From the human T2T-CHM13v2.0 reference genome, Homo sapiens: a stretch of 64,000 nucleotides of DNA. This document shows, in pieces, positions 1-13,140 of the stretch. Below the pieces are notes generated by a model. That model had not been told where the DNA came from, did no database searches, and was given only the letters and a program-made list of their open reading frames with translations. The position numbers were made by a program, and so were the translations under genes. Numbering within the stretch: position 1 is the stretch's first letter; each line of letters opens with the position of its first letter. The stretch lies in assembly GCF_009914755.1 (NCBI RefSeq), contig NC_060929.1, one strand, 5' to 3'.

Positions 1-1529
1 TTCCACTCGGGTTGATTCCATTCCATTACATTCAATTCCATGCCGTTCCACTCGGGTTGATTCCATTCCATTCCATTCCATTCCATTCCACTACACTCGA
101 GTTGATTCCATTCCATTCCATTCATATCCATTCCATTCCACACGGGTTGATTTCATTCCATACCTTTCCATTCCATTCCTTTCCATTCCATTCCACTCGG
201 GTTAATTCCATTCCATTCCTATCCATTCCACTCCATTCCCTTCCATTCCACTCGGGTTCATTCCATTCCTTTCCATTCCACTCGATTACATTCCCTTCCA
301 TTCCACTAGGAATGATTCCATTCCATTCCATTGCATTCCATTCCAATCCATTCCATTCCATTCCATTCCATTCCATTCCATTCCATTCCTATTGGTTTGA
401 ATCGATTCCATTCCATTTCGTTCCATTCCATTCTATTCTATATCTTTCCATTCCATTCCATTCCACTCTGTTTGATTCACTTCCATTGCATTCCATTCCA
501 CGTGATTTGATTCCGTTCCATTCTATTCCGTTTCATTCCATTCCATGCCATACGATTCCATTACATTCCATTCCACTCGGGTACATTCCATTACATTCCA
601 TTCCACTCCATTCCATTCCATTACATTCTGGTAGATTCCATTCCATTCCATTCCATTCCAGTTGGATTGAATCCATTCCATTCCATTTCGTTCCATTCCA
701 TTCTATTCCGTACCATTCAATTCCATTCCATTTCATTCCATGCCATTCCCCTAGGGTTCATTCCATTCCATTCCATTCCATTCGGGTTGATTCCATTGCA
801 TTCCACAACATTCCATGCCATTCCATTCCACTCCATTCCATTCGGGATGATTCCATTCCATTCCATTCCATTCCATTCCCTTCCATTCCGCTCGGGTTGA
901 TTCCATTCCTTTCCATTCCACTCGATTACAATCTCTTCTATTCCACTCAGAATGATTCCATTCAATTCCTTTCCATTCCATTCCATTCCATTCCATTCCA
1001 TTCCATTCCATTCCATTCAATTTTGTTCCATTCCATTCTATTCCGTACCATTCCATTCCATTCAATTCCATTCCATTCCATGCCATTCCACTCGGGTTGA
1101 TTCCATTCCATTCCGTTCCATTCAGATTGATTCCATTCCATTCCATTCCATTCCATTCCATTCCATTCCATTCCTTTCCATTCGATTACATTCCACTGCA
1201 CTCGGGTTGATTCCATTCCATTCCATTCCATTCCACTCCATTCCATTCGGGATGATTCCATTCCATTCCATTCCATTCCATTCCATTCCATTCCACTCTG
1301 TTTGATTCAGTTCCATTCCATTCCATTCCATTCCATTACATTACATTCCATTCCATTGTACTCGTGTTGATTCCATTCCTTGCCATTCCATTCGATTACA
1401 TTCCCTTCCATTCCACTCGGAATGATTCCATTCCATTCCATTCCATTCCATTCCCTTCAATTCCATTCCAATCCATTCCATTCCATTCCATTCCATTCCA
1501 TTCCATTCCATTCCATTCCATTCCATTCC

Positions 1530-4500
1530 ATTCCAATTGGGTTGAATCCATTCCATTCCATTTCGTTCCAGTCCATTCTATTCCGTACCATTCAATTCCA
1601 TTCCATTCCTTTCCATTCCATGCCATTCCACTCCGGTTGATTCCTTTTCATTCCATTCTCTTCGGGTTGATTCCATTCCATTCCATTCCATTGCACGCGA
1701 GTTGATTCCATTCCATTCCATTCCATTCCATTCCATTCCATTCCATTCCTTTCCATTCCATTCCACTCGGGTTGATTCCATACCATTCAATTCCATTCCA
1801 TTCCATTTAATTTCATTCCATTCCATTCCATTCTGGTCCCTTCCATTCCATGCAATTCCATTCCATTCCACTCGAGTTGATTCCATTCTATTCTTTTCCA
1901 TTCCATTCCATTCCCTTTCATTCCACTCGGGGTGATTCCATTCCTTTCCATTCCAGTCGATTACATTCCCTTCCACTCCACTCGGAATGATTCCATTCCA
2001 TTCCATTGCATTCCATTCCAATCCATTCCATTCCATTCCATTCCAATTGGTTTGACCATTCCATTCCATTTCGTTCCATTCCATTCTATTGTGTATCATT
2101 CCATTCCATTCCATTCCATTCCATTCCCTTCCATTCCACTCGTTTTGATTCCATTCCATTCCATTGCATTCCATTGAATTCCATTCCAATCCATTCCATT
2201 CCATTCAATTCCACTCGAGTTGATTCCATTCCATTCCATTCCATTCCATTCCATTCCATTCTGGTAGATTGCATTCCATTCCATTCCATTCCATTCCATT
2301 ACATTCCATTCCATTCCATTACATTACATTACATTGCACTCGGGTTGATTCCATTCCTTTCCATTCCATTGTATTACATACTCTTCCATTCCACTCGGAA
2401 TGATTGCATTCCATTCCATTCCATTCCATTCCATTCCATTCCAATCGATTCCATTCCATTCCATTCCATTCCATTCCATTCCATTCCATTCCAATTGGGT
2501 TGAATCCATGCCATTCCATTTCGTTCCATTCCATTCTATTCCGTACCATTCCGTTCCATTCCATTCCATTCCATTCCATTCCATTCTATTCCATTCCATG
2601 CCATTCCACTCGGGTTGATTCCTTTCAATTCCATTCCATTCGGGTTGATTATATTCCATTCCATTCCATTCCATTCCATTCCATTCCATTCCATTGCACT
2701 CAGGTTGATTCCATTCCATTCCATTCCATTCCATTCCATTCCATTCCATTCCATTCCATTGCATTCAGGATGATTCCATTCCATTCCATTCCATTCCATT
2801 TCATTCCATTCCATTCCATTCCATTCCATTCCATTCCACTCGGGTTGATTCCATTCCATTCCTTTCCATTCAATTCCATTCCCTTCCATTCCACTCGGGT
2901 TGATTCCATTCTTTTCCATTCCACTGGATTACATTCCCTTCCATTCAACTCGGAATGATTCCATTCAATTCCACTGCATTCCATTCCAATCCATTCCATT
3001 CCATTCCATTCTACTCGAGTTGATACCATTCCATTCCATTCCGTTCCATTCCATTCCATTACATTACATTACATTCCTTTCCATTTCATTACATTCCATT
3101 CTATTCAGGTTGATTCTATTCAATTCCTTCACACTCCATGAAATTCCATTCCATTCCACACAATTCCATTCCATTATATTCCATTCCAATTTTGTTGAAT
3201 CCATTTCATTCCATTTCGTTGCAGTACATTCTATTCCGTACCATTGAATTCCATTCCATTCCTTTCCATTCCATGCCATTCCACTCGGGTTGATTCCTTT
3301 TCATTCCATTCTCTTCAGGTTGATTCCATTCCATTCCATTCCATTGCACTAGAGTTGATTCCAATCCATTCCATTCCATTCCATTCCATCCCATTCCATT
3401 CCATTCCATTCCAATCTATTCTTTTCCATTCCATTTCATTCCCTTTCATTCCACTCGGGGTGATTCCATTCCTTTCCATTCCACTCGAATACATTCCCTT
3501 CTATTCAACTCGGAATGATTCCATTCCATTCAATTCCATTCCATTCCATTCCATTTCGTTCCATTCCATTCTATTCCGTACCATTCCATTCCATTCCATT
3601 CCATTCCATTCCATTCCATTCCATTTCGTTCCATTCCATTCTATTCCGTACCATTCCATTCCATTCCATTCCATTCCATTCCATTCCATTTCGTTCCACT
3701 CCATTCTATTCCGTACCATTCCGTTCCATTCCATTCCATTCCTTTCCATTCCATTGCATTCCATTCCAATCCATTCCATGCCATTCCACTCGGGTTGATT
3801 CCATTCCTTTCCACTCCATTCGGGTTGAATCCATTCCATTCCATTCCATTCCATTCGATTCCATTCAATTTCACTCGGGTTGATTCCATTCCATTCCATT
3901 CCATTTCATTCCATTCCATTCCATTCCATTCCATTCCACTCCATTCCATTCTGTGTGATTCCATTCCATTCCATTCCATTCCACTCTGTTTGATTCAGTT
4001 CCATTCCATTCCATTCCACGTGATTTGATTCCATTGCATTCTATTCCGTTTCATTCCATTCCACGCCATAAGATTCCATTACATTCCATTCCACTCGGGT
4101 ACATTCCATTCCATTCCATTCCATTCCATTCCTTTCCATTCCATTCCACTCGAGTTGATTCCATTCTATTCTTTTCCATTCCATTCCAATCCGTTCCATT
4201 CCATTCCATTCCATTCCATTCCATTCCATTCCAATCCATTCCATTCCATTAAATTCCATTCCATTCCATTCCATTCCATTCCATTCCATTCCATTCCAAT
4301 TGGGTTGAATCCATTCCATTCCATTTCGTTCCAGTCCATTCTATTCCGTACCATTCAATTCCATTCCATTCCTTTCCATTCCATGCCATTCCACTCCGGT
4401 TGATTCCTTTTCATTCCATTCTCTTCGGGTTGATTCCATTCCATTCCATTCCATTGCACTCGAGTTGATTCCATTCCATTGCATTCCATTCCATTCCTTT

Positions 4501-6660
4501 CCATTCCATTCCACTCGAGTTGATTCCATTCTATTCTTTTCCATTCCATTCCATTCCCTTTCATTCCACTCGGGGTGATTCCATTCCTTTCCATTCCAGT
4601 CGATTACATTCCCTTCCACTCCACTCGGAATGATTCCATTCCATTCCATTGCATTCCATTCCAATCCATTCCATTCCATTCCATTCCAATTGGTTTGACC
4701 GTTCCATTCCATTTCGTTCCATTCCATTCTATTCTGTATCATTCCATTCCATTCCATTCCATTCCATTCCATTCCATTCCATTCCCTTCCATTCCACTCG
4801 TTTTGATTCCATTCCATTCCATTGCATTCCATTGTATTCCATTCCAATCCATTCCATTCCATTCCATTCCACTCGAGTTGATTCCATTCCATTCCATTCC
4901 ATTCCATTCCATTCCATTCCATTCTGGTAGATTCCATTCCATTCCATTCCATTCCATTCCATTCCATTACATTACATTGCAGTCGGGTTGATTCCATTCC
5001 TTTCCATTCCATTGGATTACATACCCTTCCATTCCACTCGGAATGATTGCATACCATTCCATTCCATTCCATTGCATTCCATTCCAATCGATTCCATTCC
5101 ATTCCGTTCCATTCCGTTCGATTCCATTCCATTCCAATTGGGTTGAATCCATTCCATTCCATTTCGTTGCATTCCATTCTATTCTGTACCATTCTGTTCC
5201 ATTCCATTCCATTCCATTCCATTCTATTCCATTCCATGCCATTCCACTCGGGTTGATTCCTTTCAATTCCATTCCATTCGGGTTGATTATATTCCATTCC
5301 ATTCCATTCCATTCCATTGCACTCAGGTTGATTCCATTCCATTCCAGTACATTCCATTCCATTCCATTCCATTCCATTCCATTCCATTGCATTCAGGATG
5401 ATTCCATTCCATTCCATTCCATTCCATTCCATTCCATTCCACTCGGGTTGATTCCATTCCATTCCTTTCCATTCAATTCCATTCCCTTCCATTCCACTCG
5501 GGTTGATTCCATTCCTTTCCGTTCCACTGGATTACATTCCCTTCCATTCCACTCGGAATGATTCCATTCAATTCCACTGCATTCCATTCCAACCCATTCC
5601 ATTCCATTCCATTCTACTCGAGTTGATACCATTCCATTCCATTCCATTACATTACATTCCATTCCATTCCATTCCATTCCTTTCCATTTCATTACATTCC
5701 ATTCTATTCAGGTTGATTCTATTCAATTCCTTCACACTCCATGAAATTCCATTCCATTCCACACAATTCCATTCCATTACATTCCATTCCAATTGGGTTG
5801 AATCCATTTCATTCCATTTTGTTCCAGTACATTCTATTCCGTACCATTGAATTCCATTCCATTCTTTTCCATTCCATGCCATTCCACTCGGGTTGGTTCC
5901 TTTTCATTCCATTCTCTTCAGTTTGATTCCATTCCATTCCATTCCATTGCACTAGAGTTGATTCCAATCCATTCCATTCCATTCCATTCCATTCCATTCC
6001 ATTCCATTCCATTCTATTCTTTTCCATTCCATTCCATTCCCTTTCATTCCACTCGGGGTGATTCCATTCTTTTCCATTCCACTCGAATACATTCCCTTCT
6101 ATTCAACTCGGAATTATTCCATCCCATTCCATTCCATTCCACTCCATTCCATTCCATTCCATTCCATTCCATTTCGTTCCATTCCATTCTATTCCGTACC
6201 ATTCCATTCCATTCCATTCCATTCCATTCCATTCCATTCCATGCCATTCCACTCGGGTTGATTCCATTCCTTTACACTCCATTCGGGTTGAATCCATTCC
6301 ATTCCATTCCATTCCATTCGATTCCATTCAATTTCACTCGGGTTGATTCCATTCCATTCCATTCCATTTCATTCCATTCCATTCCATTCCATTCCATTCC
6401 ACTCCATTCAATTCTGTGTGATTCCATTCCATTCCATTCCATTCCACTCTGTTTGATTCAGTTCCATTCCATTCCATTCCACGTGATTTGATTCCATTCC
6501 ATTCTATTCCGTTTCATTCCATTCCACGCCATAAGATTCCATTACATTCCATTCCACTCGGGTACATTCCATTCCATTCCATTCCATTCCATTCCATTCC
6601 ATTCCTTTCCATTCCATTCCACTCGAGTTGATTCCATTCTATTCTTTTCCATTCCATTCC
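1530..6660 (+). repeat. Tandem duplication, 2 copies of ~2.5-2.75 kb (~1530-4190 and ~4295-6660)
   Basis: Shared rare variants: GGTTTGACC with a 2-nt deletion (~2049, ~4692), CTCCATGAAATTCC (~3133, ~5737), GCCATAAGATT (~4065, ~6528). ORF-track offsets 1932/4575 and 2400/5043 (2643), 2900/5503 and 3244/5847 (2603). Confidence 0.9.
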
Positions 6661-6969
6661 ATTCACTTTCATTCCACTCGGGGTTATTCCAATCCTTTCC
6701 ATTCCACTCAAATACATTCCCTTCTATTCAACTCGGCATGATTCCATTCCATTCCGTTCCATTCCACTCCATTCCTTTCCATTCCATTCCATTTCGTTCC
6801 ATTCCATTCTATTCCGTACCATTCCATTCCATTCCATTCCATTCCATTCCATTCCATTCCATGCCATTCCATTCCATTCCATGTCATTCCACTCGGGTTG
6901 ATTCCATTCCTTTCCACTCCATTCGGGTTGAATCCATTCCATTCCATTCCATTCCATTCCATTCCATTC

Positions 6970-9705
6970 CATTCAATTGCACTCGGGTTGATTCCATTCC
7001 ATTCCATTCCATTTCCTTCCATTCCATTCCATTCCATTCCAGTCCATTCCATTCAGTGTGATTCCATTCCATTCCATTCCATTCCACTCTGTTTGATTCA
7101 GTTCCATTCCATTCCATTCCACGTGATTTGATTCCATTCCATTCTATTCCGTTTCAGTCCATTCCACGCCATAAGATTCCATTACATTCCATTCCACTCG
7201 GGTACATTCCATTCCATTCCATTCCATTCCATTCCATTCCATTCCATGCCATTCCGTTCCTTTTCATTCCATTCCACTCTGGTTGATTCCATTCTATTCT
7301 TTTCCATTCCATTCCGTTCCCTTCCATTCCACTCGGCTTGATTCCATTCCTTTCCATTCCTCTCGAATACATTCCCTTCTATTCCAGTCGGAATGATTCC
7401 ACTCCATTCCATTCCATTCCATTCCATTCCATTCCACTCTGTTTGATTCAGTTCCATTCCATTCCATTCCATTCCATTCCATTCCATTCCATTCCATTGC
7501 ACTCGTGTTGATTCCATTCATTTCCATTCCATTCGATTACATTCCCTTCCATTCCACTCGGAATGATTCCATTCCATTCCATTCCATTCCATTCCATTCC
7601 ATTCCACTCCATTCCACTCCAATCCATTCCATTCCATTCCATTCCATTCCATTCCATTCCATTCCATTCCATTCCATTCCATTCCATTCCATTCCATTCC
7701 AATTGGGTTGAATCCATTCCATTCCATTTCGTTCCAGTCCATTCTATTCCGTACCATTCAATTCCATTCCATTCCTTTCCATTCCATGCCATTCCACTCC
7801 GGTTGATTCCTTTTCATTCCATTCTCTTCGGGTTGATTCCATTCCATTCCATTCCATTGCACTCGAGTTGACTCCATTCCATTCCATTCCATTCCATTCC
7901 ATTCCATTCCATTCCATTCCATTCCATTCCATTCAATTGCACTCGGGTTGATTCCATTCCATTCCATTCCATTTCCTTCCATTCCATTCCATTCCATTCC
8001 AGTCCATTCCATTCAGTGTGATTCCATTCCATTCCATTCCATTCCACTCTGTTTGATTCAGTTCCATTCCATTCCATTCCACGTGATTTGATTCCATTCC
8101 ATTTTTTCCGTTTCAGTCCATTCCACGCCATAAGATTCCACTACATTCCATTCCACTCGGGTACATTCCATTCCATTCCGTTCCATTCCATTCCGTTCCT
8201 TTTCATTCCATTCCACTCTGGTTGATTCCATTCTATTCTTTTCCATTCCATTCCGTTCCCTTCCATTCCACTCGGCTTGATTCCATTCCTTTCCATTCCT
8301 CTCGAATACATTCCCTTCTATTCCAGTCGGAATGATTCCACTCCATTCCATTCCATTCCATTCCATTCCATTCCACTCTGTTTGATTCAGTTCCATTCCA
8401 TTCCATTCCATTCCATTCCATTGCACTCGTGTTGATTCCATTCATTTCCATTCCATTCGATTACATTCCCTTCCATTCCACTCGGAATGATTCCATTCCA
8501 TTCCATTCCATTCCATTCCATTCCACTCCATTCCACTCCAATCCATTCCATTCCATTCCATTCCATTCCATTCCATTCCATTCCATTCCATTCCATTCCA
8601 TTCCATTCCAATTGGGTTGAATCCATTCCATTCCATTTCGTTCCAGTCCATTCTATTCCGTACCATTCAATTCCATTCCATTCCTTTCCATTCCATGCCA
8701 TTCCACTCCGGTTGATTCCTTTTCACTCCATTCTCTTCGGGTTGATTCCATTCCATTCCATTCCATTGCACTCGAGTTGATTCCATTCCATTCCATTCCA
8801 TTCCATTCCATTCCATTCCATTCAATTGCACTCGGGTTGATTCCATTCCATTCCATTCCATTTCCTTCCATTCCATTCCATTCCATTCCAGTCCATTCCA
8901 TTCAGTGTGATTCCATTCCATTCCATTCCATTCCACTCTGTTTGATTCAGTTCCATTCCATTCCATTCCACGTGATTTGATTCCATTCCATTCTATTCCG
9001 TTTCTGTCCATTCCACGCCATAAGATTCCATTACATTCCATTCCACTCGGGTACATTCCATTCCATTCCATTCCATTCCATTCCATTCCATTCCGTTCCT
9101 TTTCATTCCATTCCACTCTGGTTGATTCCATTCTATTCTTTTCCATTCAATTCCGTTCCCTTCCATTCCACTCGGCTTGATTCCATTCCTTTCCATTCCT
9201 CTCGAATACATTCCCTTCTATTCCAGTCGGAATGATTCCACTCCATTCCATTCCATTCCATTCCATTCCATTCCACTCTGTTTGATTCAGTTCCATTCCA
9301 TTCCATTCCATTCCATTCCATTCCATTCCATTGCACTCGTGTTGATTCCATTCATTTCCATTCCATTCGATTACATTCCCTTCCATTCCACTCGGAATGA
9401 TTCCATTCCATTCCATTCCATTCCATTCCATTCCATTCCATTCCATTCCATTCCACTCCATTCCACTCCAATCCATTCCATTCCATTCCATTCCATTCCA
9501 TTCCATTCCATTCCATTCCATTCCATTCCATTCCAATTGGGTTGAATCCATTCCATTCCATTTCGTTCCAGTCCATTCTATTCCGTACCATTCAATTCCA
9601 TTCCATTCCTTTCCATTCCATGCCATTCCACTCCGGTTGATTCCTTTTCATTCCATTCTCTTCGGGTTGATTCCATTCCATTCCATTCCATTGCACTCGA
9701 GTTGA
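6970..9705 (+). repeat. Tandem triplication of a ~0.92 kb unit
   Basis: ATTCAATTGCACTCGGG at ~6971, ~7931, ~8820; AGTCCATTCCATTCAGTGTG at ~7041, ~8001, ~8890; ACTCGGCTTG at ~7331, ~8270, ~9170; CCTCTCGAATAC...CCAGTCGGAATG in all three copies. Confidence 0.92.
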
Positions 9706-12700
9706 TTCCATTCCATTCCATTCCATTCCATTCCATTCCATTCCATTCCATTCCATTCCTTTCCATTCCATTCCACTCGGGTTGATTCCATTCCATTCAA
9801 TTCCATTCCATTCCATTCAATTCCATTCCATTCCATTTAATTTCATTCCATTCCATTCCATTCTGGTCGCTTCCATTCCATTCAATTCCATTCCATTCCA
9901 CTCGGGTTGAATCCACTCCATTCCATTTCAATATATTCCATTCCAGTAAATTCCATTCCATTCCAATCCATTCCATTCCATTCCACTCTGGTAGATTCCA
10001 TTCCATTCCATTCCATTCTGTTCCATTCCATTTTATTCCATTCCATTAAATTGCATTTCATTCCATTGCACTCCATTCGAATCCAATCCATTCCATTCCA
10101 TTCGGGTAAATTCCATTCCATTGCATTCCATTCCATTCCATTCTATTCCATTCCATACGGGTAGATTCCATTCCATTCCATTCCATGGAATTCCATGGGT
10201 TGATTCTATTCAATTCCTCTACAATGCATTCCATTCCATTCCATTCCACTCGTGTTGATTCCATTCCTTTCCATTCCACTAGATTACATTCCCTTCCATT
10301 CCAATCGGAATGATACCATTCCATTCCATTGAATTCCATTCCAATCCATTCCTTTCCAATCCATTCAGTTGCATTCCATTCCATTCCATTCCATTCCTTT
10401 CCAATCCATTCAGTTGCATTCCATTCCATTCCATTCCATTCCATTCCATTCCATTCCTTTCCATTCCATTCCATTCCACTCGGGTTGTTTCTATTCCATT
10501 CCTTTCCATTCCATTCCATTCCACGTGATTTGATTCCATTCCATTCTGTTCTGTTTCATTGCATTCCACGCTATACGATTCCATTCCATTCCATTCCATT
10601 CGGGTACATTCCATTCCATTCCATTCTATTCCATTCCACACAATTCCATTCCATTTCATTCCATTCCAATTGGGTTGAATCCATTCCATTCCATTTCGTT
10701 CCATTCCATTCTATTCCGTACCATTCCATTCCATTCCATTCCTTTCCATTCCATGCCATTCCAATCGGGTTGATTCCATTCCATTCCATTCTATTTGGGT
10801 TGATTCCATTCCATTCCATTCCATTCCATTCCATTCCATTCCATTCCATTCCGTTGCAATCGATTTGATTCCACTCCATTCCATTCCATTCCATTCCATT
10901 CCATTCCCTTACATTCCACTCGGGTTGATTCCATTCCTTTCCATTCCACTCGAATTAATTCCCTTCTATTCCACTCGGAATGATTCCATTCCATTCCATT
11001 CCATTCCATTCCATTCCATTCCATTCCACTCCAGTCAATTCGGGATGATTCCATTCCATTCCATTCCATTCCATTCCATTCCATTCCATTCCACTCTGTT
11101 TGATTCAGTTCCATTCCATTCCATTCCATGCGATTTGATTCCATTCCTTTCTATTCCGTTTCCTTCCTTTCCACGCCATACTATTCCATTCCATTCCATT
11201 CCATTCGGTTACATTCCATTGCATTCCATTCCATTCCATTCCACTCCACTCCATTCCATTAGGGATGATTCCATTCCATTCCATTGCATTCCATCCAATT
11301 CCATTCCACTCTGTTTGATTCAGTTCCATTCCATTCCAATCCACGTGATTTGATTCCATTCCATGTTATTCCATTTCATTGCATTCCACGCCTGACGATT
11401 CCATTCCATTCCATTCCATTCGGGTACATTCCATTCCATTCCATTCTATTCCATTCCACACAATTCCGTTCCATTCCATTCCATTCCATTCCATTCCATT
11501 CCATTCCATTCCACTCGGGTTGATTCCATTCCATTCCTTTCCATTCCATTCCATTCCCTTCCATTCCACGCGAGGTGATTCCATTCCTTTCCATTCCACT
11601 CGATTACTTTCCCTTCCATTCCACTCGGAATGATTCCATTCCATTACATTGCATTCCATTCCAATAAATTCCATTCCATTCCATTCCACTCGAGTTGATT
11701 CCATTCCATTGCATTCCATTCCATTCCATTCCATTCCATTCCATTCCATTCCATTCCATTCGGGTTGAATCTATTCAATTCCTTTACACTCCATTCCATT
11801 CCTTTCTATTCCATTCCATTCCACGTGATTTGATTCCATTCCATTCTATTCTGTTTCATTGCATTCCACGCTATACGATTCCATTCCATTCCATTCCATT
11901 CGGGTACATTCCATTCCATTCCATTCTATTCCATTCCACACAATTCCATTCCATTCTATTCCATTCCATTCCCTTCCATTCCATTCCATTCCATGCCATT
12001 CCACTCGGGTTGATTCCATTCCTTTCCATTCCGTTCCATTTCCTTCCATTCCATTCCACAGGAGTTGATTCCATTCCGTTCCAATCCATTTCATTCCACT
12101 CTACTCCATTCGATTCGAATCCATTCCATTCCATTCCATTCCATTCCATTCCATTCCATTCCATTCCATTCCATTGCACTCGGTTTGATTCCCTTCCTTT
12201 CCATTCCATACCACTCCATTCCATACGTGATGATTCCATTCCATTCCTTTCCATTCCATTCCATTCCCTTCCATTCCACGAGAGGTGATTCCGTTCCTTT
12301 CCATTCCACTCGATTACATTCCCTTCCATTCCACTCGGAATGATTCCATTCCATTACATTGCATTCCATTCCAATAAATTCCATTCCATTCCATTCCACT
12401 CGAGTTGATTCCATTCCATTCCATTCCATTGCATTCCATTCCATTCCATTCCATTCCATTCCATTCCATTCCATTCCATTCCATTCCATTCAATTCGGGT
12501 TGAATCTATTCAATTCCTTTACACTCCATTCCATTCCATTCCATTCCATTCCACACAATTCCATTACATTCCATTCCAATTAGGTTGAATGCATTCCGTT
12601 CCATTTCATTCCATTCCATTCTGTTTTGTACCATTCCTTTCCATTCCATTCCATTCCGTTCCATGACATTTTACTCGGGTTGATTCCTTTCCATTCCATT

Positions 12701-13140
12701 CCATTCGGGTTGATTCCATTCCATTCCATTCCATTCCATTCCATTCCATTCCATTCCATTCCATTCTATTCAATTCCACTCCATTCCATTCGGGATGATT
12801 CCATTCCATTCCATTCTATTCCATTCCATTCCATTCCATCCATTCCATTCCATTCCACTCGGGATGATTCCATTCCATTCCATTCCATTCCATTCCCTTA
12901 CACTCAGATTTATTCCATTCCATTCCATTCCATTCCATTCCATTCCACTCTGGTTGATTCCATTCCATTCCATTCCATTCCATTCCAATCCACACAATTC
13001 CATTCCATTACATTCCATTCCAATTAGGTTGAATCCATTCCGTTCCATTCCGTTCCATTCCATTCTGTTTTGTACCTTGCCTTTCCATTCCATTCCATTC
13101 CGTTCCATGCCATTTTACTCGGGTTGATTCCTTTCCATTC
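9600..13140 (+). repeat. Copy 1 of a duplication with ~4.66 kb offset (long form)
   Basis: Identical or near-identical ORF translations at 9797/14457 and 9907/14567 (offset 4660), then 12359/15834 and 12795/16270 (offset 3475). Markers CTGGTCGC, CCATGGAATTCCATGG, CACAGGAGTTG, CATACGTGATG, GTACCTTGCC. Confidence 0.88.
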
